From contig JAGWMP010000001.1 in assembly GCA_028871705.1 (NCBI GenBank), positions 1 to 58,109 of the forward strand: a DNA stretch of 58,109 bases. Direction: 5' to 3'. Source of the stretch: Gammaproteobacteria bacterium. GTDB taxonomy: Bacteria; Pseudomonadota; Gammaproteobacteria; Steroidobacterales; Steroidobacteraceae. The notes under the pieces were generated by a model, which saw only the letters and a program-made list of their open reading frames with translations, was not told the origin of the DNA and ran no database searches. This document shows positions 7,594-15,697 of the stretch, piece after piece. Each line of letters starts with the position of its first letter. Within the stretch, counting starts at the first letter, position 1. Position numbers and translations under genes: made by a program.

Positions 7594-9519
7594 TCAGAAC
7601 CCGAGACCCCGCAGCGCCTCGAGAAGATTCGCGACGTCCGGGACGCCGGCGCCGGTGGTCTGGTCGTAGCCCTTGTGTGCATAGAAGTACCAGTTGTCGC
7701 CGTCCGCGATGTCACGCAGCGGCGCGTTGCGGCCCTGGTACGCGCCGCCCTGACGCAGCAGCCGGTAGAGCGGCACATTGAGGAGCCCCACACGGTGGCG
7801 TGTACCCTGCGCCAGCAGCGCCGTCACGCCGTTCAGCTGCGGCGCCGCGAAGCTGGTGCCGCCCCAGAAGTCCTCGACGCTGAAGCCGCTGGCGCTGGAG
7901 GTGTACCAGACCGCATAGCCGGTCTCGGGATCGGAATTCACCGAGACATCGGGGAGGTTGCGCCCCGGGAAGCCGGCCGGAAGCGCCGCGATCAGCGCCG
8001 GCGGGTTCTGCGACTCGTCGTAGAGCTTCTGGTGCGGCTCGGTGTTCACCATGCCGGGCACCCCCAACTGATAGAAGGGCCGCGGGAAGTAGATACTGAC
8101 GCCGCCACCGGTGCCCGCCGGGTAGATGCCACAGAGCGATCCGAGCGGATCGAGGCCGAGCGCCTCGCACAGCGGAATCAGGTAGTCCCAGGTCCAGGCC
8201 TGCTCGGCGGCGATGTCGACGCTGAACCCCGGCGGGTCGGAGAAGGTCTGCACGCCGGGGAGCGTGGTGCCGCCGGCGGTTGTCAGGAACGGCTGCGCCG
8301 CCGGATCGTCGACCGAGAGCACCTGCGTGTAGTTCGGCGGCAGCTCGTCCTGCTCATCGTAGGCGCCGTTGTCGCCCGCGGCCGCGAAGAAGCTCTGTCC
8401 CTGCAGCGCGGCCTGCGCGAGCAGATCGTAGAGCGCGGTCAGGGTACTGGTGTCGGTGCCGGTCACGGGGTTGGCGATCGGGCCGTTGCCGAAGGGATTG
8501 AGCGAGTCGAACAGCTCCCACTCGCCCCAGCTGCACGAGACCGTGTCGGCGATGTCGTCGTCGATCGCCTGGGCGAACGCGTCGATGAAGGCCTGGTTGG
8601 TGTTGGGAGCGAGGTATACCTGCATGCGCGCGCCCGGGGCGATACCGCCCGACTGCTCGACGTCGAGCGTCGTCTCGAGCGAGCCGCAGTCATCGCATAC
8701 CGGGCCCGGGCCACCGTCGACGTTCACGACGTTGATGCGGTTGGGGTTGAAGTTGAGTCCGAGCGAGCTCCAGTACCCGAGCGCGTCGCCCGGAGTGAAG
8801 GCGGCGAGACTGATGATGCCGATGGTGCGGCCGCGGCCGTCGATGCCGCTGCGGTAGAGCGGCTTGACGTCGTACCAGTCGGCGAAGTCGGCCACGGTCC
8901 AGGCGCCGGGCGGATCCGGGGTGTTGGGCACGCCGCCCTGATGCCGCGGACGCAGCGCCGCCCGGTGCGCGTGCGGGAAGAGGCGCGGGCGATTGTCGAG
9001 CCCGAACACGCCGCGCACCGCGGGTGCGAGCGCCGCCGGCAGCTGCGGCGCGGCGAGCGGCGCATGGTAGCGATAGCCGGATGAGGTGCCGGCGGCCGCC
9101 ACGGCGTAGGTGTGCAGTTGCACGCCGAAGGCGCGCTCGATCGCGGCCGGGCTGCCGCTGACGCGCAGGTGCGCCGTGGCGCTGCGCGTCACGGTGAGAC
9201 CCGCCGCGGTAAAGTGCCGGGTCACCGCGGCGAGCGTCGCCGCATCCGGCGCGAAGCGCTCCGCAAACTGCTGTGCGCTGAGGAACTGGTGATACTGCGG
9301 CGCGCCTTGCGTATAGACCGCCTCGAGCAGCGGTTCGACCTGCGCGGCGTTGCCGAGCGTGAGTGCCACCGTGACGGTGATCGGCTCGGAGGCGGCGACG
9401 GCGGTGGTCGCGCCGACATCGGTGGCGGCTGCCAGGCGGCCGTGCTGTGGATACGGGACGGCGCCGGCGGTGCCGGCCGCCGCGAGCGTCAGGGCGAAGA
9501 GAAGCGCGCGAAGCGTCAT
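7594..9519 (-). CDS. Secreted S53 (sedolisin/kumamolisin-like) serine-carboxyl peptidase with pro-domain
   Basis: Signal peptide MTLRALLFALTLAAAGTAGA. ETTLDVEQSGGIAPGARMQVYLAPN supplies the Glu/Asp of the SED triad. GGTSFAAPQLNG carries the catalytic Ser. A Shine-Dalgarno AAGGAG lies just upstream of the start on the coding strand (about 9523-9528). Confidence 0.85.
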   Translation of the reverse strand: MTLRALLFALTLAAAGTAGAVPYPQHGRLAAATDVGATTAVAASEPITVTVALTLGNAAQVEPLLEAVYTQGAPQYHQFLSAQQFAERFAPDAATLAAVTRHFTAAGLTVTRSATAHLRVSGSPAAIERAFGVQLHTYAVAAAGTSSGYRYHAPLAAPQLPAALAPAVRGVFGLDNRPRLFPHAHRAALRPRHQGGVPNTPDPPGAWTVADFADWYDVKPLYRSGIDGRGRTIGIISLAAFTPGDALGYWSSLGLNFNPNRINVVNVDGGPGPVCDDCGSLETTLDVEQSGGIAPGARMQVYLAPNTNQAFIDAFAQAIDDDIADTVSCSWGEWELFDSLNPFGNGPIANPVTGTDTSTLTALYDLLAQAALQGQSFFAAAGDNGAYDEQDELPPNYTQVLSVDDPAAQPFLTTAGGTTLPGVQTFSDPPGFSVDIAAEQAWTWDYLIPLCEALGLDPLGSLCGIYPAGTGGGVSIYFPRPFYQLGVPGMVNTEPHQKLYDESQNPPALIAALPAGFPGRNLPDVSVNSDPETGYAVWYTSSASGFSVEDFWGGTSFAAPQLNGVTALLAQGTRHRVGLLNVPLYRLLRQGGAYQGRNAPLRDIADGDNWYFYAHKGYDQTTGAGVPDVANLLEALRGLGF

Positions 9520-9661
9520 GCCACTCCTTTTCGTGATTGATTACGGGCCGGATCGGCCGGCGCGCCGCCGGCAGCGCTCACCTTGCACCGCGATCCCAGG
9601 CAATGCAAGACGAGCGCGGCGCGCGGGCCCGCACTGACAATGTGTTGCAAATCGGTGTGGC

Positions 9662-9997
9662 TTACTTCGCGGGCAGCGTTCCCCCGGGTGTCAGCTTGTC
9701 GATGGCGGCCGGCAGCGCCTGGGAGAGTTTCGCCGCGAGATCCTGCGGGCTGAGGCCCGTCTTGGCGGCGAGCTGGCCGAGGATCGGGCTGCTGCCGAAT
9801 ATCCGGGTGATTTCATCGGGCGAGATCGCCTGATTGGCACCGCTCGACACCCAGGAACGCGCCGTGGCACCCAGGCCCTGGCTCTCGAGCTGGCCGACGA
9901 TCCCCTGCACGCCGCCGTGCTGCTGGATGAAGGTGTTCACTACGCTCGCCATCTCGGCGCCGACGACGCCGCCAATCAGTCCGTCGAGCAGTCCCAT
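9662..9997 (-). CDS. yidB: YidB-family protein (DUF937)
   Basis: 111 aa. MGLLDGLIGG...GLGATARSWVSSGANQAISPDEI...LSQALPAAIDKLTPGG is the typical YidB pattern. AGGAG lies upstream. Confidence 0.7.
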   Translation of the reverse strand: MGLLDGLIGGVVGAEMASVVNTFIQQHGGVQGIVGQLESQGLGATARSWVSSGANQAISPDEITRIFGSSPILGQLAAKTGLSPQDLAAKLSQALPAAIDKLTPGGTLPAK

Positions 9998-10125
9998 GGG
10001 GTCTCCTGTCGTGATCGTGGGTTGCGGGGGAGGCCATTGTGCGCGCCCGCGGCGGCGCGGCTCAAGCGCGGGGCGCGTCGCCGCCCGCGTTGCAGGCGCC
10101 GCGGCGGCGGTGCGCCGCGCGCCGG

Positions 10126-10155
10126 TTTATTATATTATTACGACAACATTAAAAA
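10126..10155 (+). promoter_or_regulatory. AT-rich box containing TATATTATTA, upstream of the carnitine dehydrogenase gene
   Basis: tttatTATATTATTAcgacaacattaaaaa stands out in an otherwise GC-rich spacer. The 10-mer at 10131-10140 recurs in coding orientation upstream of the BKACE operon (21207-21216). Confidence 0.4.
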
Positions 10156-10186
10156 GACCGCCTGAGGCGGGATGGTGCCCTGAATC

Positions 10187-11686
10187 ATGAGACAGGTGAA
10201 GACGCTGGGGTTGCTCGGCACGGGTGTGATCGGCGGCGGCTGGGCGGCGCGGGCGCTGCACTTCGGCATCGACGTCGTGGCCGCCGACGTCAAGGGCGAG
10301 ATGGAGGCCTGGATCCGCGGTGCGGTCGAGAATGCCGAAGGCGCGCTGTCGCGCCTCACCTTTGCGCCGCTGCCGCCGAAGGGCAAGCTCTCATTCACGA
10401 CCGACCTCAACCTCATGGCGGGCTCGGTCGACTTCATCCAGGAGAACATCCCGGAGCAGCTCGAGTTGAAGCAGCGCATCCTCGCGCAGGTGAGCCGCCA
10501 TGCGCCGCGCGACGTGTTGATCGCCTCCAGCACCTCGGGGCTCATGCCGAGCGATCTGCAGCGCGACCTGCAGCATCCCGAGCGGCTGCTGGTCGGCCAC
10601 CCCTTCAATCCCGTATACCTGCTGCCGCTGGTGGAGCTCGTGGGCGGCAAGACAACCTCCGCGGACGCCCTCGAGGCGGCCGCACGTTTCTACCGCTACA
10701 TCGGCATGCACCCGCTCAAAGTGCGCCGCGAGGTGCCCGGGCATCTCACCGACCGGCTGCAGGAGGCGCTGTGGCGCGAGATCCTGCACATGGTGAACGA
10801 CGGCGTCGCCACGACCGGCGAGCTCGACGAGTCGATCATCTACGGCCCGGGGCTGCGCTGGGCCGGGATGGGCACCAACCTCATCTATCACCTCGCGGGC
10901 GGTGAAACCGGCATGCGCCACATGCTGCGGCAGTTCGGTCCCTGTCTGAAATGGCCGTGGACGAAGCTCGAGGCGCCTGAGCTTACCGAGGAGCTCATCG
11001 ACCGCATGGTGGAGGGCACCCAGGAGCAGGCCGCCGGGCGCTCGATCCGCGAGCTCGAGCGGCTGCGCGACGACTACCTGGTGGCGATCCAGCAGGTGCT
11101 GCGGCAGTTCAACCTCGGCGCGGGCGCGACGCTGCGTGCGCTCGAGGAGCGCCTGTACGAGGAGGGCGCGGCGAATGCGCGCCCGGCCCTCGAGGCCGCG
11201 GCCGTGGGCGCATCGACGCCGGCGGTGCTCAGGCTCGTCGAAACCCAGGTGCGCCCCGAGTGGGTCGACTACAACGGACACATGACCGATTCACGCTACC
11301 TGCAGGTCTTCGGCGATGCCACCGACGCGCTGCTGCGTTACGCCGGAGTCGACGATGTCTATCGGCGCTCCGGGCGCGCGCTCTACACGGTCGAGACGCA
11401 CGTGACGCACCAGGCCGAGGCCCGCGCGCTCGAGCCGCTGTACGTCGCGAGCCGCGTGCTCGAGGTCGATGCCAAGCGCGTGCGGCTGTTCCATGCGCTG
11501 CACCGGCGGCGCGATGACGTGCAGGTGGCCACAGCGGAGCAGCTCTACCTGCACGTCAACTCGACGGCGGGGAAAGCCGCGCCCATGGATCCGGAAGTGC
11601 AGGCGCGTCTCGCGGCGCTGCAGGCGGCGCAGGCACCGCTGCCGCTCCCCCGCGAAGCCGGCCGGCTCGCCCGGGGCGCGCACTGA
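10187..11686 (+). CDS. lcdH: L-carnitine dehydrogenase fused to a C-terminal hotdog-fold thioesterase domain
   Basis: The N-terminal 320 aa or so are collinear with P. aeruginosa CdhA as recalled (GTGVIGGGWAAR, SSTSGLMPS, GHPFNPVYLLPLVE, GMRHMLRQFGP). The C-terminal 160 aa or so (PEWVDYNGHMTDSRY...) are paralogous to the stand-alone thioesterase at 19749..20234. Confidence 0.85.
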   Translation: MRQVKTLGLLGTGVIGGGWAARALHFGIDVVAADVKGEMEAWIRGAVENAEGALSRLTFAPLPPKGKLSFTTDLNLMAGSVDFIQENIPEQLELKQRILAQVSRHAPRDVLIASSTSGLMPSDLQRDLQHPERLLVGHPFNPVYLLPLVELVGGKTTSADALEAAARFYRYIGMHPLKVRREVPGHLTDRLQEALWREILHMVNDGVATTGELDESIIYGPGLRWAGMGTNLIYHLAGGETGMRHMLRQFGPCLKWPWTKLEAPELTEELIDRMVEGTQEQAAGRSIRELERLRDDYLVAIQQVLRQFNLGAGATLRALEERLYEEGAANARPALEAAAVGASTPAVLRLVETQVRPEWVDYNGHMTDSRYLQVFGDATDALLRYAGVDDVYRRSGRALYTVETHVTHQAEARALEPLYVASRVLEVDAKRVRLFHALHRRRDDVQVATAEQLYLHVNSTAGKAAPMDPEVQARLAALQAAQAPLPLPREAGRLARGAH

Positions 11687-11705
11687 GGCGCGCGGGGAGC
11701 GCCGC

Positions 11706-12353
11706 TTGCCCAAGATCGTCGATCACGAGCGCCGGCGCGACGAGATCGCCCTGGTCGCCTGCCGGGTGGTCGCCGCGTGCGGGTTCGACCGGGCCACCAT
11801 CGTGCGCATCGCGCGCGAGGCCGGCTACACCACCGGCATGGTGGCGCACTATTTCGACACCAAGCAGGAGATCGTCATCGCGGCGCTGCGGTTGATCCTG
11901 CGGCGCATCGAGGAGCGGCTCAGCGCGGCGGCCGGCGGCGGCGAGCGCGAGTTGCTCGCGCTCTTGAGCGAAGCGCTGCCGCTCGATGCGACGCGCTTCA
12001 CCGAGTGCGCATTCTGGGCGGCATTCTGGGGCCAGGTGTCGGCCGACCGCCGCCTGAAGCGCGTCAACGGCTGGATGCACCGCGAATACCTCAGGATCTT
12101 CGAGCGTTGCCTGGCGCGCGGCTGGCGCGAATGGCGGGACTGGCCGCCCGCGCTGCGCGCGCAGCTGCTGCGCTCGGTGGTCACCTTCATCAACGGTCTG
12201 ACGGCGAGCGTGGTGGCGAGCCCGCGCGACTGGCCGCCCGCGCGCCAGAGCGAGCAGCTGCGTCTGCAGCTCGACATGCTGCATGCCTGGGCGGCAGAGG
12301 CCGCAGGCGCGGTGAAGCTGCGGGCCGGACGCAGAAGCGGCCAGGCGGCCTGA
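11706..12353 (+). CDS. TetR-family transcriptional regulator
   Basis: TTG start at 11706 is in frame with track ORF 11469..12353. HTH segment ATIVRIAREAGYTTGMVAHYFDTKQEI. It starts 19 nt after the lcdH stop. Confidence 0.8.
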   Translation: MPKIVDHERRRDEIALVACRVVAACGFDRATIVRIAREAGYTTGMVAHYFDTKQEIVIAALRLILRRIEERLSAAAGGGERELLALLSEALPLDATRFTECAFWAAFWGQVSADRRLKRVNGWMHREYLRIFERCLARGWREWRDWPPALRAQLLRSVVTFINGLTASVVASPRDWPPARQSEQLRLQLDMLHAWAAEAAGAVKLRAGRRSGQAA

Positions 12354-12355
12354 GC

Positions 12356-15300
12356 TCAGCTGCCGCGCCGCGCAAGCATGGCCGCCAGCTTGCGCGCGTC
12401 GACCGGTCGACTGTGCAGGTAACCCTGCCACTGGTCGCAGCGCAACTTGCGTAACATCGCAAGCTGCGCGCGGGTCTCGACGCCTTCCGCGACGGTGACC
12501 AGCCTGAAAGCGGCTGCCAGGCTGATGATGCTGGAGGTCAGGCTGATGCTCGCCGCGTCATCGGGCAGGCCAGTGACGAAGCTGCGATCGATCTTGAGGG
12601 AGTCGACCGGCAGCTTCGACAGCAATCCCAACGATGAATAACCGGTGCCGAAATCGTCCAGGGCGACCCGGATCCCGGCGGCGCGCAGCTCACGCAGCTT
12701 GCGGTTCGTGCCGTCGAGGTCCTGGAGCAGCGCGCTCTCGGTGATCTCGAGGTCAAGGTGAAATCCCGCCTCCGTGAGGGCGGGGCTCGTCAACACGCCG
12801 AGTACCCGCGCCACGAAGTCGCGCCGGCGCAGCTGCAGCGCCGAGACGTTGACCGCCACTCGCAGCGGCGCCGCGCCGAGGCTGTGCCAGAGCTCGCAAT
12901 CGCGCGCCACCTGCTCGAGCACCCAGTGCCCCACGTTGATGATCAGGCCGGAGGATTCGAGCACGCGCAGGAAGGCGCCGGGCGCCAGCAGTCCCTCGGT
13001 CGGCTCGTTCCAGCGCAGCAGAGCCTCGACCGACTCGATCCGCCCGGAACGGATGCCGAGCTGCGGCTGGTAGTGGACGGTGAATTGCCGCTGATCGATG
13101 GCATTTCTCAAGCGGTGCTCGAGGGACAGTTGCGCGGCGAGCTCGCTGTGCATCTCGAGCTGGTAATGCAGATACTGCTCGCCGGTATCCTTGGCGCGTT
13201 TCAGTGCCGCCTCCGCTTTCTCGAGCAGCGTGCTGCAGTTGCGGCCGTCGGTGGGGAAGCGCGCCACCCCGGACCTGCATGACACGCGCATCGTGCGCCC
13301 CTCGATCGCAAACGGCTCGCCGAATACACCGTCGAGCAGCAGGTTGAGGCTCTCCTCGGAGCCGGGCGGCGTGAACTGCAGCAGCGCGAAAGTGCCGCCG
13401 CCGAGGCGCCCGATGCAGTCGTCGTTGCGCACCGACCCCTTGAGCCGCTCGGCGACCGCCTGCAGCAGCAGATCGCCGAAACGGCGTCCGAAGCTGTCGT
13501 TGATGTGACTCAGCTGATGAATGTCGACTACGCCGACGGCGGGCGCCTGCGCCGCGCCGCGGCCTTCGTGCAGCAGTCCGTCGACTCGCTGACAGAAGAG
13601 CATGCGCCGCGCGAGTCCGGTCGAGGGATCGTAGGTCTCGAGGAACTTGGCGACACTCGCCTGACGCTGTGTACGCAGCGCGAACGCCAGGCTGAGCATG
13701 ATGTCCTCGAGCAGCTGCAGCTCCTCGTCGCGCACCAGGTTCGGGTCGCGCGAGGCCAGCATCAGCGCGCCGATCTTGGCGCCCTCGACGACGAGCGGCA
13801 ATGCGACCATCACCTTGAAGCCGAGCCGGATGAGCGCCGCCCGCATGCTGATGGGCGGCTCAGACTGGGTGAGATCGTTGACGATCTCGATCTTGCCGGT
13901 GCGCAACGCCCGGCTGGTGAGACTCTTGTCCGGCTCATCGCCGTCGGAGATCTCGACTCGCTCCGGCACCGGGAAGTCGGCGCCCGGTCCGGCGCTGAAG
14001 CGCGGCGTCGCGCTGCGGCCGTCGTCATTGACGATGGAGACGACCGCCCGGTCGAAGCCGCCGACGTCGACGGCAATCCGGCACGCCTCCTGCAGCAGTT
14101 CGTCGCGATCGGCAATCCGCAGGACCGCGGCGTTGATGGCGCTCTGCATGCGCAGCAGCCGCCCGAGGCGCGCGATCAGCTCCTGCTGGCGCTTGCGCTC
14201 GGTGATGTCGCGCGCCACGCTGACCAGGTAGCGGCCCTCCTCCTGCTCGACGTAGCTCAGACTGACCTCGACCGGCACCAGCTCCCCGTTCCTGGAGCGG
14301 TGCTGCGTCTCGATCATGGTCGAGCCGGCCACGCGCACCGCGTCGAGCCGCTCGGGCCAGGGGGCCGCCGCCGCACTCACGGAGAAGTCCGTGACCTTCA
14401 TCTTGAGCAGCTCGCCGCGGCTGTAGCCGAGGCGCCGCGAGACCGCGTCGTTGGCGTCGAGGATTGCGCCGCTGGCCGCGTCGATCACGTAGACCAGGTC
14501 GTTGGTGCGATCGAGAAGACCGCGGAACGTCTGCAAGCGGCTCTCGGCGCGCTGGTGCCTGACCCGGGTGCGCAAGGCCTCGATGCCGTAGGCGAGGTCC
14601 GCGGCGAGGCCCGCGAGCAGCAGCTCTTCCTCGTCGCGGAAGTCGTCCTCTACGGCCGAGTAGATGTTGAGCGCTCCGATGCAGTGCCTGCCGGCGAGCA
14701 GCGGGATGGCGATCGAGGAGGCATAACCGCGCTTGAGGGACTCGCTGCGCCAGGGCTCGAAGGCGACCTCGCGCTCGATCCACCGGGCGCGCTGCGGTTT
14801 GCCGCTGCGGATGGCATTGCCGGTGGGTCCGCGGCCGCGGGGAGACTCGTCCCAGGCGATCTGCACGCTGGTGAGATACCCGTCTTCGTGGCCGGCATGG
14901 GCCATCGGCCGGACGCGGTACGTGTCATCGTCCTCGACATAGCCGACCCAGGCGAAGCGGTAACGTCCGGTGTCGACGATGAGCCGGCAGACGTGCCGCA
15001 GCAGCTCCTGCTCGTCGGTCGCGCGCGTGAGGGCGGCGCTGCACGCGCTCAGAACACGGAGGCTGCGGTTCAGCGTCAGCAGCGCCGACTCGGCCGCCTT
15101 GCGCGCGGAGACATCGACGCCGCTCAGCACCACGTGCTGGATCCGGCCGCGGGAGTCGCGCTGCGGACTGAAGGTAGTGTCGATGACGCCGGTGCGACCG
15201 GTGGCAAGCCGGGCAGCCAGCTCGCGGTGCACGACTTCGCCGCGGCGGGCGCGCTTGAGCGCGTCGACGAGGACGGCGCGATCCTCGGGCGATGGCCACA

Positions 15301-15661
15301 GCCCCGGAATCTCGCTGAGGCGCTTGCCGAGCATCTCCTTGCGTCGAAATCCGGTGCCGCGGAAGGCCGCAAGGTTGCCCTCGAGGAGGACGCCGTCGAC
15401 CGTGCATATCCCGGCGAACACGCTGATGCCATCGAGGAGGTGCCGTAAGTGCCGCGCGTCGGCAGCCGCGCGCGGCGGCACGCGCTGCGGCTTGCGGCGC
15501 GCAGTTCTGACGCGGGGCTTACCGGTTGGCATCAGCTGTTCCGTGCTTTGTGCGTGCGGATCGCGGCCGCGAAAGGCCTGCAGCAGAGTTAAGTGCATGG
15601 CGAGCGGGCAGGCAAGCGGATTTTCCGCGGTCCGCGGCGCTGCGCGGCGCCCGCTGCGCAC
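12356..15661 (-). CDS. PAS-GAF-PAS-GAF-GGDEF(degenerate)-EAL signalling protein, predicted c-di-GMP phosphodiesterase
   Basis: EAL-domain motifs are intact: E-A-L at 13019-13027, then DDFGTGYSSL, EITES, KIDRSF, AEGVE and QGY. The GGDEF active site is degenerate, reading GGGTF (13388-13402). Alternative starts exist at 15598 and 15532. Confidence 0.9.
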   Translation of the reverse strand: MRSGRRAAPRTAENPLACPLAMHLTLLQAFRGRDPHAQSTEQLMPTGKPRVRTARRKPQRVPPRAAADARHLRHLLDGISVFAGICTVDGVLLEGNLAAFRGTGFRRKEMLGKRLSEIPGLWPSPEDRAVLVDALKRARRGEVVHRELAARLATGRTGVIDTTFSPQRDSRGRIQHVVLSGVDVSARKAAESALLTLNRSLRVLSACSAALTRATDEQELLRHVCRLIVDTGRYRFAWVGYVEDDDTYRVRPMAHAGHEDGYLTSVQIAWDESPRGRGPTGNAIRSGKPQRARWIEREVAFEPWRSESLKRGYASSIAIPLLAGRHCIGALNIYSAVEDDFRDEEELLLAGLAADLAYGIEALRTRVRHQRAESRLQTFRGLLDRTNDLVYVIDAASGAILDANDAVSRRLGYSRGELLKMKVTDFSVSAAAAPWPERLDAVRVAGSTMIETQHRSRNGELVPVEVSLSYVEQEEGRYLVSVARDITERKRQQELIARLGRLLRMQSAINAAVLRIADRDELLQEACRIAVDVGGFDRAVVSIVNDDGRSATPRFSAGPGADFPVPERVEISDGDEPDKSLTSRALRTGKIEIVNDLTQSEPPISMRAALIRLGFKVMVALPLVVEGAKIGALMLASRDPNLVRDEELQLLEDIMLSLAFALRTQRQASVAKFLETYDPSTGLARRMLFCQRVDGLLHEGRGAAQAPAVGVVDIHQLSHINDSFGRRFGDLLLQAVAERLKGSVRNDDCIGRLGGGTFALLQFTPPGSEESLNLLLDGVFGEPFAIEGRTMRVSCRSGVARFPTDGRNCSTLLEKAEAALKRAKDTGEQYLHYQLEMHSELAAQLSLEHRLRNAIDQRQFTVHYQPQLGIRSGRIESVEALLRWNEPTEGLLAPGAFLRVLESSGLIINVGHWVLEQVARDCELWHSLGAAPLRVAVNVSALQLRRRDFVARVLGVLTSPALTEAGFHLDLEITESALLQDLDGTNRKLRELRAAGIRVALDDFGTGYSSLGLLSKLPVDSLKIDRSFVTGLPDDAASISLTSSIISLAAAFRLVTVAEGVETRAQLAMLRKLRCDQWQGYLHSRPVDARKLAAMLARRGS

Positions 15662-15697
15662 GCGATGACGCAGCGCAGCAAAGCGGGGCGAGGGCGC

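Noticed and set aside
7111-9084. 657-aa plus-strand ORF antisense to the S53 peptidase gene
   Set aside because: It has no motifs and an extreme Arg/Gly/Glu/Asp/Ala bias. The opposite strand encodes a protein with a complete catalytic signature.
9582-9609. CTTGCA-N16-TGCAAG inverted repeat upstream of the S53 peptidase gene
   Set aside because: The 6-bp arms with a 16-nt spacer are too weak to distinguish from chance without comparative data.
13505-15448. 647-aa plus-strand ORF antisense to the PAS/GAF/GGDEF/EAL gene
   Set aside because: It is a shadow ORF. The minus-strand product has multiple verifiable domain motifs.
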